Positions 1 to 9,031 are shown, numbered from the stretch's first letter. The stretch is 23,452 nt of DNA from an uncultured Armatimonadetes bacterium (GCA_937902745.1 CALEKU010000125.1:1-23452), one strand, 5' to 3'. Translations and numbers: made by a program. Notes: a model not told the origin generated them from the letters alone.

Positions 1-54
<54 letters not shown>

Positions 55-70
55 CGCCCTCACCCCCCTT

Positions 71-122
71 GCCCCCCTCTCCCACACGCGAAGCGTGACT
101 CCTGGGAGAGGGGGGCTTTTTT
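71..122 (+). terminator. Rho-independent terminator for the upstream + strand gene
   Basis: 14-bp GC-rich stem (71-84 gccccccTCTCCCA / 103-116 TGGGAGAgggggc) with an 18-nt loop, followed by TTTTTT at 117-122. Confidence 0.65.
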
Positions 123-194
123 GTGTCGCGGGGCAGACCCGGCGGAGTGACGCGATCGCCCTCCTCCGGCACACGGTAACGGTGCCGTCGGCCG

Positions 195-354
195 GTCGCC
201 GTCGAATGAATTCGCGGCTAGCGGTTAAGAAGTCGGCCTGCGCCGACTCCGGTATTCGGTGACGGTTACGGCTTAGCCGCGGCCGCATCTCGATCGACGG
301 AGTCGGCGCAGGCCGACTTCTTAACCGCTAGCCGCGAATTCATTCGACGGCGAC
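195..354. repeat. Long perfect inverted repeat (57-bp arms 195-251 and 298-354, 46-bp spacer) in the hsdM upstream region
   Basis: I verified arm complementarity base by base: ...CCGTCGAATGAATTCGCGGCTAGCGGTTAAGAAGTCGGCCTGCGCCGACTCCG against its exact reverse complement. Each arm carries a CGAATnnATTCG mini-palindrome. Confidence 0.9.
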
Positions 355-523
355 TACTACGGCGGCCCTATGCCTCAGGCACCCCCTCCTTCGGGCGCGC
401 AGCGCCGCTCGAACGCGGCTGCGCCGCCGAGGGAGGGGGCTGGGGGGTGGGTGCCGCCGAGCGACGGGGTGGGTGCAGGCCCCGGCGGCAGTAAATGGCG
501 GCCCTGATGGCGAACAACCTTGT

Positions 524-2269
524 ATGACCAACGACCTCGACTATGCCGACCGGCTGTGGAAGGCGGCCGACGCCCTCCGCGGCCAGGTGGACGCCGCCGA
601 GTACAAGCACGTCGTCCTTGGCCTGCTGTTCCTCAAGTACATCTCCGACAGTTTCGAGAGCCGCCGCGAGGACCTGAAGGCCGAGCTGGAGCGGGACGGC
701 ATCGGCGGGGAACCGCTCGAACGCCTGCTGGAGTCGCGCGACGAGTACACCGCGGAGCGGGTGTTCTGGGTGCCGGTGGAAGCCCGCTGGCAGAATCTCC
801 AGAACCAGGCGACGCGCCCCGACATCGCCACGCTGATCGACGACGCCATCCTCGCCGTCGAGCGGGACAACCCCGGCCTCAAGGGCAAGCTCCCGCGCGA
901 CTACGCCCGGCGCGGCATCGAGCCGGTGAAGATGAAGGGGCTGATCGACCTGATCGCGGGCATCGGGTTCAAGGGGAGCCGCGGCCAGGCCCGCGACACG
1001 CTGGGCCGGGTCTACGAGTACTTCCTGGGCAAGTTCGCCGCCGCCGAGGGCAAGCTGGGCGGCGAGTTCTACACGCCGCGCTCCGTCGTGCGCGTGCTGG
1101 TCGAGATGCTGGAGCCCTACGAGGGGCGCATCTACGACCCGGCCTGCGGCTCCGGCGGGATGTTCGTCCAGTCCGAAAAGTTCGTGGAGGCCCACGGCGG
1201 CCAGCGCACCGACGTTTCGATCTTCGGGCAGGAGTCCAACCCGACGACCTGGCGCCTGGCCCACATGAACCTCGCCATCCACGGGATCGAGGCCCGATTG
1301 GGCGAGCGTCCGGCGGATACGTTCCTGAACGACCAGCACCCGGACCTGAAGGCGGACTTCATCCTGGCCAACCCGCCGTTCAACGTGAGCGACTGGTCGG
1401 GCGCGCTCCTGCGCGGCGACAAGCGCTGGACCTTCGGCGACCCGCCGGTGGGCAATGCGAACTACGCCTGGATTCAGCACTTCGTCCACCACCTCGCCCC
1501 GCCGAATGGGAAGGGTGGGGGTGTGGCCGGGTTTGTGATGGCGAACGGCAGCCTGTCGAGCAACACGGGCGGGGAGGGCGAGATTCGCCGCAAGCTCGTG
1601 GAGGCGGACCTGGTGGACTGCATCGTGGCTCTGCCCGCGCAGCTTTTCTTCACCACGGGCATTCCGGTCTGCCTCTGGTTCCTGACCCGCGACAAGTCGG
1701 GCCGCAATCTCCGCCGGGGCACGCCGCACCGGCCCGGGGGGCGCGCGGGCGAAACGCTGTTCATCGACGCGAGGAAACTCGGCACGATGCAGACCCGCGT
1801 GCTCCGTGTTCTCACCGGCATTGAGACGGACGAGCAAGTACCGGGAACCCATGCTATCTCTCGAAACTCGGACGGGACGCCGGTGCTGGACGAGAAGGGC
1901 GACGTTCAAATCATCCCCGGCACCGGCGACCCGCTGCCCGCGTCGGACGTTGGCCGCATCGTGTACGCGTACCGCCGCTGGCGCGGCGAACCCGCGCCGG
2001 ACTGGTGGGACGAGGCGGCGCATGGGGCGTGGGCGTTCGCGCCGACGCCGGGGTTTGCGCGGGCGGCGACGATGGAGGAGATCGCGCAGCACGGGCACGT
2101 TCTGACGCCGGGGCGGTACGTGGGGGCGGAGGAGCAGGAGGACGACGCGGAGCCGTTCGCGGAGAAGTATCCGCGGCTGGTGGCGGAGTTGGAGGAGCAG
2201 TTGGCGGAGGGTGAGCGGTTAGGCGCATTGATCCGCGAGCGCTTGAGCCTGATCTCGGAGGGCAAGTAA
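524..2269 (+). CDS. hsdM: Type I restriction-modification system DNA methyltransferase subunit HsdM (N6-adenine MTase)
   Basis: N-terminus [21 protein letters not shown]... aligns with the HsdM_N helix of EcoKI-like HsdM. AdoMet motif [11 protein letters not shown] and catalytic motif IV LANPPFN are present, as is [14 protein letters not shown]. The stop overlaps the hsdS start (TAAATG). The ORF track opens at GTG 473, but ATG 524 matches the family N-terminus. Confidence 0.9.
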   Translation: MTNDLDYADRLWKAADALRGQVDAAEYKHVVLGLLFLKYISDSFESRREDLKAELERDGIGGEPLERLLESRDEYTAERVFWVPVEARWQNLQNQATRPDIATLIDDAILAVERDNPGLKGKLPRDYARRGIEPVKMKGLIDLIAGIGFKGSRGQARDTLGRVYEYFLGKFAAAEGKLGGEFYTPRSVVRVLVEMLEPYEGRIYDPACGSGGMFVQSEKFVEAHGGQRTDVSIFGQESNPTTWRLAHMNLAIHGIEARLGERPADTFLNDQHPDLKADFILANPPFNVSDWSGALLRGDKRWTFGDPPVGNANYAWIQHFVHHLAPPNGKGGGVAGFVMANGSLSSNTGGEGEIRRKLVEADLVDCIVALPAQLFFTTGIPVCLWFLTRDKSGRNLRRGTPHRPGGRAGETLFIDARKLGTMQTRVLRVLTGIETDEQVPGTHAISRNSDGTPVLDEKGDVQIIPGTGDPLPASDVGRIVYAYRRWRGEPAPDWWDEAAHGAWAFAPTPGFARAATMEEIAQHGHVLTPGRYVGAEEQEDDAEPFAEKYPRLVAELEEQLAEGERLGALIRERLSLISEGK

Positions 2270-3646
2270 ATGCTCGCGATGTTCGAGATGGCACCTGCGG
2301 AATGGGAACGCACAACGCTCGGCAAAATCGTCGAGCGTGGCGGCGGAAGCATCCAGACTGGCCCGTTCGGTAGCCAACTGCATGCGTCGGACTACGTTCC
2401 CGTGGGCATCCCATCGATCATGCCCGTCAACATAGGCGACAACCGGCTCATCCGTGACGGGATAGCCTGCATCACTGAAGCCGATGCACAGCGACTGTCC
2501 AGGCACATCGTCCGCAAGGGCGACATCATCTATAGCCGACGAGGCGACGTTGAACGACGAGCCTTGGTACGCGATGCGGAGGATGGTTGGTTCTGCGGGA
2601 CGGGGTGTTTGAAAGTGCGGCTCGGGCAAGGAGTTGTCCGGCCTGAGTTTGCCGCGTTCTACCTTGGCCATCCGGAAGTGCGCGAATGGATCGTCCGTCA
2701 TGCGGTCGGTGCGACGATGCCGAACCTAAACACCGGCATCATGGAAGCGATTCCGTTTCTCCTCCCGTCCGCGTCCGAGCAGGACGCCATTGCTGAAACG
2801 CTCAGTGCGTTGGACGACAAGATCGAGCAGAACCGGCGGACGGGCCGGGCGTTAGAAGAACTGGCGCGGGCGACGTTCAAGGCGTGGTTTGTGGACTTCG
2901 AGCCGGTCAAGGCCAAAGCCGCAGGCGCGACCGGCTTCCCCGGTATGCCCCCCGCCGCCTTCGCCGCCCTCCCCGACCGCCTGACCGACTCGGCGCTCGG
3001 GCCGGTGCCGGAGGGGTGGGAGGTACTGCCCATCGGCAACCTCGTTACAGTCAAAGGCGGAGGAACGCCAAGCACGAAAGTTGCCGAGTATTGGGACGGG
3101 GGGACGCATTTTTGGGCTACGCCGAAAGACCTCTCAGGTCTTCAAGACCCGGTGCTGCTCGGGACCGAGCGCCGCATTACTGATGCGGGGGCGCGGTGTA
3201 TCAGTTCCGGCGTGCTACCGGAGAACACGGTGCTTCTCTCATCACGGGCACCGGTGGGATACACCGCCCTTGCGAGGGTGCCGGTAGCGGTAAACCAGGG
3301 CTTTATTGCGATGTCTTGCGACGGCCCGCTCCCGCCGCACTACGTACTGCATTGGACACGCTCGGCACTGGATGAAATTAAATCGCGAGCGAGCGGCACC
3401 ACATTCCCCGAAATCAGCAAGAGCGCGTTCCGTCCCATCCCCGCGGTCTTGCCTAATGCTGTTGTAGTGCAGGAGTTCGAACGCTTCGTGCAACCGCTAT
3501 TCGACCTTATCGAATCCGATGTGCGGCAGTCACGGCAACTCGCCGAACTCCGCGACTACCTCCTGCCCCGCCTCCTGAGCGGCCGGGTCCGGGTCGCCGG
3601 GGCCGGGACCGACGCCGAACGGGCGGCAGCGGAGGCCGTGGCGTGA
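2270..3646 (+). CDS. hsdS: Type I R-M specificity subunit HsdS (two target-recognition domains)
   Basis: Central conserved helix LPSASEQDAIAETLSALDDKIEQNRRTGRALEELARATFKAWFVDFEP and C-terminal conserved LLPRLLSGRV flank two variable TRDs. It lies between hsdM and hsdR with translational coupling (TAAATG at its start, GTGA at its end). Confidence 0.85.
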   Translation: MLAMFEMAPAEWERTTLGKIVERGGGSIQTGPFGSQLHASDYVPVGIPSIMPVNIGDNRLIRDGIACITEADAQRLSRHIVRKGDIIYSRRGDVERRALVRDAEDGWFCGTGCLKVRLGQGVVRPEFAAFYLGHPEVREWIVRHAVGATMPNLNTGIMEAIPFLLPSASEQDAIAETLSALDDKIEQNRRTGRALEELARATFKAWFVDFEPVKAKAAGATGFPGMPPAAFAALPDRLTDSALGPVPEGWEVLPIGNLVTVKGGGTPSTKVAEYWDGGTHFWATPKDLSGLQDPVLLGTERRITDAGARCISSGVLPENTVLLSSRAPVGYTALARVPVAVNQGFIAMSCDGPLPPHYVLHWTRSALDEIKSRASGTTFPEISKSAFRPIPAVLPNAVVVQEFERFVQPLFDLIESDVRQSRQLAELRDYLLPRLLSGRVRVAGAGTDAERAAAEAVA

Positions 3647-6600
3647 GCGGCGGCCACCGACGCCCCACGGAACAGATGGTCGAAGACGCCGCCGTCGCCC
3701 GGTTCGGCGCGGACGGCGTGCCCACCGTCCGGGGGGCCGAACTCGACGACGCCGGGGAGCGCGAAAGCCCCGCCGCCGTCCTCCTCGCCGACCGCGCCCG
3801 CGCCGCCCTCCGCCGACGCCACCCCCACCTCCCCGACGACACCATCGCCGCCGCCGTCGCCTTTCTCTCGCGCCCGCCGCATCCCACCCTGATAGAAAAC
3901 AACCGCTGGTTCCACAGCCTGCTCACCGACGGCGTGCCCGTGGAATACAAAGACCCCGCCACCGGCGAAACGCGCGGCGGGCGGGCGCGGCTGATCGACT
4001 TCGACGACCCCGCCAACAACGACTTCCTCGTGGTCCGCCAGCTTACCGTCACCGGGCCGAGCGGGAAGGGCATCCGGCCCGACCTCGTGCTGTTCGTCAA
4101 CGGCCTGCCGCTGGTCGTGGTCGAACTGAAAGACCCCGCCGCCGCGACGGCCGACCTGAACGCGGCGATCGACCAGCTGCGGCGCTACCAGGGCATCGCC
4201 CCCGACCTGTTCGTGCCGAACCTGCTGCAGGTGGTCAGCGACGGGCTGCTCACGCGGGTCGGGAGCCTCACCAGCGGGCGGCAGCGGTTCATGCCGTGGC
4301 GGCCGGAGAGCAGCGGCGGCGGCGGCGGTGAGCCGACGCTGGAAGCGCTGATTCGCGAACTGCTGACCCCGGCGGCCCTGCTGGACTACCTGCGCGCCTG
4401 CGTGGCGTTCGAAGAGGACGAGCGGGGGAACATCGTCAAGAAGGTCGCGGGCTACCACCAGTTCCGCGCCGTGCGGAAGGCGCGGGCGCGGGTGATCGGG
4501 GCGATCAAGACGCCGGACCGCGCAAACGACGAGGAGGCCGGCAAGGGCGGGGTGGTGTGGCACACGCAGGGCAGCGGAAAGAGCCTGACCATGCTGATGC
4601 TCGCCGGGACGCTCGTGCGGGCGGCGGAGATGGCGAACCCGACCCTGGTGGTCGTCACCGACCGCAACGACCTGGACGACCAGCTTTTCGAGACGTTTGC
4701 GATGGGCCGCGCGCTGCTGCGGCAGGAGCCGGTGCAGGCGGAAAGCCGCGAGCACCTGCGGGAGCTGCTGGACCGGGCCAGCGGCGGCGTGGTCTTTACG
4801 ACCATCCACAAGTTCACCGAGGACCACGGCACGATCAGCGAGCGGGCGAACGTGGTGGTGATGGCCGACGAGGCGCACCGCAGCCAGTACGGGTTCGTGG
4901 AGGGCGGGGCGCGGTGGATGCGCGAGGCGCTGCCGAACGCGACGTTCGTCGGGTTCACCGGCACGCCGCTGGTGGCGGGGGACCGGGTCACGCGGCACGT
5001 CTTCGGGGACTACGCCGACGTCTACGACATCCGCCAGGCGGTGGCCGACCGGGCGACGGTGCCGATCTACTACGAGCCGCGCGTCGTGAAGCTCACGATC
5101 GACGAGGCGGGGGCGCGGGAGGCCGAGGCGAAGATCGCCGAAGCCGCGGCGGCCGACGAGGCGGGGGGCGAGACGCCGGAGAACGTCCGCATCCCGCTGG
5201 AAGCGCTGTACGGGGCGCCGGAGCGGCTGGAGCGGGTGGCACGGTTCCTCGTCGAGCACTGGGAGCAGCGCCGCGAGGCGATGGAGGGCAAGGCGCTGGT
5301 CGTGACCATGAGCCGCGACATCGCCGCCCGGCTGTATGCCGAGATCGAGAAGCTGCGCCCCGGGTGGCACAGCGACGATGACGACAAGGGGGCGATGAAG
5401 GTCGTCATGACCGGCGTGCCGGACGACGCCCCGCACGTCGCGCGGCACGCCCGGAGTAAGGCGCAGCGCAAGCGGCTGGCCGACCGGTTCAAAGACCCCG
5501 CCGACGACTTCCGCCTCGCGATCGTGGTGGACATGTGGCTCACCGGGTTCGACGTGCCGAGCGCGCACACGATGTACCTCGACAAGCCGCTGGCCGGGCA
5601 CAACCTGATGCAGGCCATCGCCCGGGTGAACCGCGTCTACGGCGAGAAGCCGGGCGGGCTGGTGGTGGACCTGATCGGCCTCGCGGACCCGCTGGCGGAC
5701 GCCCTGGCGACCTACGCGGGCGCGACGGGGGACACGGACCGGCCGGTCAAGGCGCTTCAGGACGAGGCGATCCCGGCGATGCGCCTGGCCTTCGAGCAGC
5801 TGCGGTCGTTCTTCCACGGCTGCGACTACGCGGCGGCGCTGGAGGCGGAGCCGGGGGACGTGCTGCGCCTGTACCTGGGCGCGATCGACCACGTCCTCGA
5901 CGTGGGGCGGACGGTCGGCGAAGAAACGGGCTGGCAGCGGTTCCGCGGGATGGTGAAGCGGCTGGCGACGGCGTTCGCGCTGGCCGTGCCGCGCGCGGAG
6001 ACGCGGGAGATCGCCCCGCACCTGGCGTTCTTCCAGCGGGTGGCCGTGATGATCCGTAAGCGGCTGGCGGACGAGCGCGAGCCGGGGGGCGGCGGGGGCG
6101 CGGCGGCGGCGGGCGACATCGACGCGGCGGTGCGGCAGGTGATCGGCGGGGCGGTGGACGCGGGCGAGGTGATCGACCTGTTCGCCGCCGCGGGGCTGGA
6201 CGCCGCCCGCCTGGACATCCTGAGCGACGAGTTTCTGGAGCGGGTGTCGGCGCTGGAGCAGAAAAACCTGGCGCTCGAAACCCTGCGGAAGCTGCTGGGC
6301 GACCAGATCAAGAGCAGCGAGCGGACCAACCTCGTGCAGGCGCAGAAGTTCCGCGAGGCGCTGGAGCGGGCGATGCTCGGCTACACCAACAAGCAGATCA
6401 CCACCGCCGAGATGATCGCGCAGCTTCTGGAACTGGCCCGGTGGGTCCGCGAGGCGAAGCGGCACGGCGAAGACCTGGGCCTGTCGGGCGAGGAGACGGC
6501 CTTTTACGACGCCCTGGCGGAGAACGGGTCGGCGAAGGAGGTCATGCAGTCCGACACGCTCCGCCTCATGGCCCGGGAGCTGGCGGAGATGGTCAAGAAG

Positions 6601-6762
6601 ATGCCGAAGCTCGACTGGACCCGGCGCGAGAGCGTGCGGGCCGACCTGCGGCGCAAGGTCCGCCGGCTGCTGGCGATGTACGGCTACCCGCCGGACCTCT
6701 CGGAAGACGCCACCCAGCTCGTGCTACGGCAGGCAGAGCTATCGGTAGACCCTGCGGAGTGA
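3643..6762 (+). CDS. hsdR: Type I restriction enzyme endonuclease/helicase subunit HsdR
   Basis: Walker A HTQGSGKSLTMLMLAG and the DEAH box VVMADEAHRSQ of SF2 helicase/ResIII, in a 1039-aa protein of the right size. GTG start at 3643 has GGAGG 7 nt upstream and overlaps the hsdS stop (GTGA). Confidence 0.9.
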   Translation: MSGGHRRPTEQMVEDAAVARFGADGVPTVRGAELDDAGERESPAAVLLADRARAALRRRHPHLPDDTIAAAVAFLSRPPHPTLIENNRWFHSLLTDGVPVEYKDPATGETRGGRARLIDFDDPANNDFLVVRQLTVTGPSGKGIRPDLVLFVNGLPLVVVELKDPAAATADLNAAIDQLRRYQGIAPDLFVPNLLQVVSDGLLTRVGSLTSGRQRFMPWRPESSGGGGGEPTLEALIRELLTPAALLDYLRACVAFEEDERGNIVKKVAGYHQFRAVRKARARVIGAIKTPDRANDEEAGKGGVVWHTQGSGKSLTMLMLAGTLVRAAEMANPTLVVVTDRNDLDDQLFETFAMGRALLRQEPVQAESREHLRELLDRASGGVVFTTIHKFTEDHGTISERANVVVMADEAHRSQYGFVEGGARWMREALPNATFVGFTGTPLVAGDRVTRHVFGDYADVYDIRQAVADRATVPIYYEPRVVKLTIDEAGAREAEAKIAEAAAADEAGGETPENVRIPLEALYGAPERLERVARFLVEHWEQRREAMEGKALVVTMSRDIAARLYAEIEKLRPGWHSDDDDKGAMKVVMTGVPDDAPHVARHARSKAQRKRLADRFKDPADDFRLAIVVDMWLTGFDVPSAHTMYLDKPLAGHNLMQAIARVNRVYGEKPGGLVVDLIGLADPLADALATYAGATGDTDRPVKALQDEAIPAMRLAFEQLRSFFHGCDYAAALEAEPGDVLRLYLGAIDHVLDVGRTVGEETGWQRFRGMVKRLATAFALAVPRAETREIAPHLAFFQRVAVMIRKRLADEREPGGGGGAAAAGDIDAAVRQVIGGAVDAGEVIDLFAAAGLDAARLDILSDEFLERVSALEQKNLALETLRKLLGDQIKSSERTNLVQAQKFREALERAMLGYTNKQITTAEMIAQLLELARWVREAKRHGEDLGLSGEETAFYDALAENGSAKEVMQSDTLRLMARELAEMVKKMPKLDWTRRESVRADLRRKVRRLLAMYGYPPDLSEDATQLVLRQAELSVDPAE

Positions 6763-6809
6763 CGCGGACGCTCCCTGCGCCCGAACCGGAGGGGGAGGAG
6801 GAGCAAAGA

Positions 6810-7271
6810 ATGACCGCGAAAAACACGATGCTGCGAATGGACAACATCCTGATCGTGGTGGACGACCTGGAGGGCGTCAAAGCCTTCTTCACCGAACTCG
6901 GGATGGAACTGGAGGGCGAGACCACAGTCGAGGGGCCGTCCGTGGACCGCCTGATCGGACTCCAGGGCGTGCGGGCCACCCTGGCGATGATGCGGACGCC
7001 CGACGGCAGCGGCCGCATCGAACTGGATAAGTTCCACACGCCCGACGCGGTACGCTTCGCCCCCGCGAACGTGCCGGTGAACGCACTGGGCATCCGCCGC
7101 ATCATGTTCACGGTTGCGGACCTGGACAACGTCGTGGCGCGCCTTCTGCGCGCCGGCGGGGCCGAACTCGTGGGCGACGTGGTGGAGTACGGGGACGCGT
7201 TCCGCCTCGCCTATGTCCGCGGGCCGGAGGGCCTTATCGTCGGCCTCGCCGAGCCGCTCGGCGACTCCTGA
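6810..7271 (+). CDS. VOC-superfamily protein (glyoxalase / bleomycin-resistance / extradiol-dioxygenase fold), 153 aa
   Basis: ATG 6810 has a GGAGGAGG Shine-Dalgarno 8 nt upstream. The sequence pattern (MLRMDNILIVVDDLEGVKAFFTELGMELEG ... IRRIMFTVADLDNVVARLLRAGGAELVGDVVEYGDAFRLAYVRGPEGLIVGLAEPL) is typical of the paired beta-alpha-beta-beta-beta modules of VOC proteins. The longer ORF-track frame (6441..7271) overlaps hsdR and is not supported. Confidence 0.7.
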   Translation: MTAKNTMLRMDNILIVVDDLEGVKAFFTELGMELEGETTVEGPSVDRLIGLQGVRATLAMMRTPDGSGRIELDKFHTPDAVRFAPANVPVNALGIRRIMFTVADLDNVVARLLRAGGAELVGDVVEYGDAFRLAYVRGPEGLIVGLAEPLGDS

Positions 7272-7319
7272 CGCCTGCCCGGCATCCGCGCCCGCCAGAG
7301 GGGGTGGTAGCATGGGAGC

Positions 7320-7853
7320 ATGGACGACTCCGAGGCCGTGACCGTGCGGGTGGCGGACACCCGCGATGTCTGCCTTCTCGCCGAACTCGGCGCCGCCACC
7401 TTCCGCGCTGCATTCGAAAAGGACAATACGCCCGAAGACATGGCGGCGTACCTGGCCGAGCACTTTACCGAAGCGAAGCTGCGGCAGGAGATCGCGGACC
7501 CTCTCGCCACCTTCCTGATTGCCGAGCGGTCCGGCCAACCGCTCGGCTATGCCAAACTCCGCGCTGGCGCCCCGGATACCTGCATGACCGGCCCGAAGCC
7601 CATGGAGTTAGTGCGCCTGTATGTGCTACCGGAGAGCATCGGGCAGGGCGTCGGCGCCCGCCTGATGCAGGCGTGTCTCGCCACGGCGACGGGGCTGGGC
7701 TTCGAGACGCTGTGGCTGGGAGTCTGGGAGCATAACCACCGGGCGCGCGACTTCTACCGGAAATGGGGCTTTGAAGCGGTGGGCAGTCACCTCTTCCAAC
7801 TCGGCAGCGACATACAAACGGACCTGATCCTGCAAAGAGCGCTGCGGGTGTAA
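7320..7853 (+). CDS. GNAT-family N-acetyltransferase, 177 aa
   Basis: Acetyl-CoA-binding motif A RLYVLPESIGQGVGARLM (Q/RxxGxG/A) followed by the WLGVWEHNHRARDFYRKWGF motif. A GGGGGTGG ribosome-binding site lies upstream. Confidence 0.8.
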   Translation: MDDSEAVTVRVADTRDVCLLAELGAATFRAAFEKDNTPEDMAAYLAEHFTEAKLRQEIADPLATFLIAERSGQPLGYAKLRAGAPDTCMTGPKPMELVRLYVLPESIGQGVGARLMQACLATATGLGFETLWLGVWEHNHRARDFYRKWGFEAVGSHLFQLGSDIQTDLILQRALRV

Positions 7854-7872
7854 TCAAGCATAAGGCCAGGAC

Positions 7873-7917
7873 CGGGGCATCGCACGAAGCAGCGCGATGC
7901 CCCGGCCCTTTCTGTTG
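7873..7917 (+). terminator. Terminator closing the hsdMSR-voc-gnat transcription unit
   Basis: 12-bp stem CCGGGGCATCGC / GCGATGCCCCGG (7873-7884 / 7895-7906) followed by CCCTTTCTGTTGTG. Confidence 0.5.
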
Positions 7918-7930
7918 TGCCGCCGCCATG

Positions 7931-9031
7931 TCAGAGGGTGCCGCGGCGGGCCTGCTCGCGCTCGATGGCCTCAAACAGGGCCTTGAAGTTGCCCTTGCCG
8001 AAGCTCTGCGAACCGTGGCGCTCGATGATCTCGAAGAACACGGTGGGCCGATCCTCCACGGGCGCGGTGAAGATCTGGAGCAGGTAGCCCTCGTCGTCCC
8101 GGTCCACCAGGATGCCGAGTTCGGCGAGTTCCGCCAGGTCTTCCGGTATCTCCCCGACGCGCTGCGGCAGTGCCTCATAGTAGGTTTCGGGGACGCGCAG
8201 GAAGGTGACGTCGTTCTCGCGCAGGGTCCGCACGGTCCGGACGATGTCGCTTGTGCTCATGGCGACGTGCTGGACGCCCGGGCCGCCGTAGAAGTCGAGG
8301 TACTCCTCGATCTGGCTCTTCTTGCGCCCCTCCGCCGGCTCGTTCAGCGGGAACTTGATGCGTCCGCCGCCACCCTGCACCACCTTGCTCATGAGGGCGG
8401 TGTATTCGGTAGAGATGTCCTGGTCGTCGAAGTGGACGAGTTGCGAGAAGCCGAGGACCTTCTCATAGAACCCGACCCAGGTGTCCATCGCGCCCAGTTC
8501 CACGTTGCCCACGATGTGGTCGATGCTCTGCAGACCCGCGGTTCGTGCCGGAGCCTGATAGCGATCGGGGTCCAGCGGCCGGTAGCCGGGCAGGAAGACG
8601 CCCCGGTAGCGGTCGCGGTTCAGGAACGTATGCGTGGTGTCCCCGTACGCCCGTATGGTCGCCGTTTCCACCACACCCTGATCGTCGCGGAGTTCCGCCG
8701 GTTCCGCGACCGGCTGCGCGCCGCGCTTCACGGCGGTTTCGAAGGCGGCGGTGACGTCGTCCACCTCCAGGGCCACGTCCTGCACGCCGTCCCCGTGCCG
8801 CGCGAGCCGGTGGTTCTCGGGGTGGTCGGCGCGCAGGGGGGAGACGACCAGGAACGTGATCTCGCCCTGCCTCAGGATATACCCCGCCTCCTGCTGGGAG
8901 CCGGTCTCCAGCCCTGCGTAGCCTACGACGTCAAAGCCGAAGGCGTTCCGGTAGAAGTAGGCGGACTGGCGGGCGTTGCCGACGAAGAAGCGGACGTGGT
9001 CGATGCGCCGCAGGGGGATGTCGTCGCTCAT
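7931..9031 (-). CDS. hppD: 4-hydroxyphenylpyruvate dioxygenase (HPPD)
   Basis: Start MSDDIPLRRIDHVRFFV. Hallmark HPPD blocks SQIEEYLDFYGGPGVQHVA and FFEIIERHGSQSFGKGNFKALFEAIEREQARRG. AAGGAAAGG ribosome-binding site upstream of ATG 9031. The ORF-track upstream extension to 9253 is not supported. Confidence 0.9.
   Translation of the reverse strand: MSDDIPLRRIDHVRFFVGNARQSAYFYRNAFGFDVVGYAGLETGSQQEAGYILRQGEITFLVVSPLRADHPENHRLARHGDGVQDVALEVDDVTAAFETAVKRGAQPVAEPAELRDDQGVVETATIRAYGDTTHTFLNRDRYRGVFLPGYRPLDPDRYQAPARTAGLQSIDHIVGNVELGAMDTWVGFYEKVLGFSQLVHFDDQDISTEYTALMSKVVQGGGGRIKFPLNEPAEGRKKSQIEEYLDFYGGPGVQHVAMSTSDIVRTVRTLRENDVTFLRVPETYYEALPQRVGEIPEDLAELAELGILVDRDDEGYLLQIFTAPVEDRPTVFFEIIERHGSQSFGKGNFKALFEAIEREQARRGTL

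Noticed and set aside
473-523. GTG 473 as the hsdM start (ORF-track start)
   Set aside because: The family N-terminus (M-x-N-D-L...LWK..D.LRG) begins exactly at ATG 524. The 17 extra residues are Gly/Pro-rich and overlap the upstream hairpin. Kept as a lower-probability alternative.
368-2098. 576-aa ORF on the minus strand antisense to hsdM
   Set aside because: Arg/Pro/Ala-rich low-complexity translation typical of high-GC antisense frames. It is fully overlapped by a strongly supported hsdM and has no motifs.
2005-2214. 69-aa Gly-rich ORF inside hsdM in another frame
   Set aside because: Poly-G/A/R translation of an out-of-frame GC-rich stretch. Not a gene.
3556-6465. 969-aa ORF on the minus strand antisense to hsdR
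   Set aside because: Same issue: a long open antisense frame produced by GC3-rich coding on the opposite strand. Its composition (R/P/G/A/L) has no domain signatures. hsdR on the + strand has Walker A and DEAH motifs.
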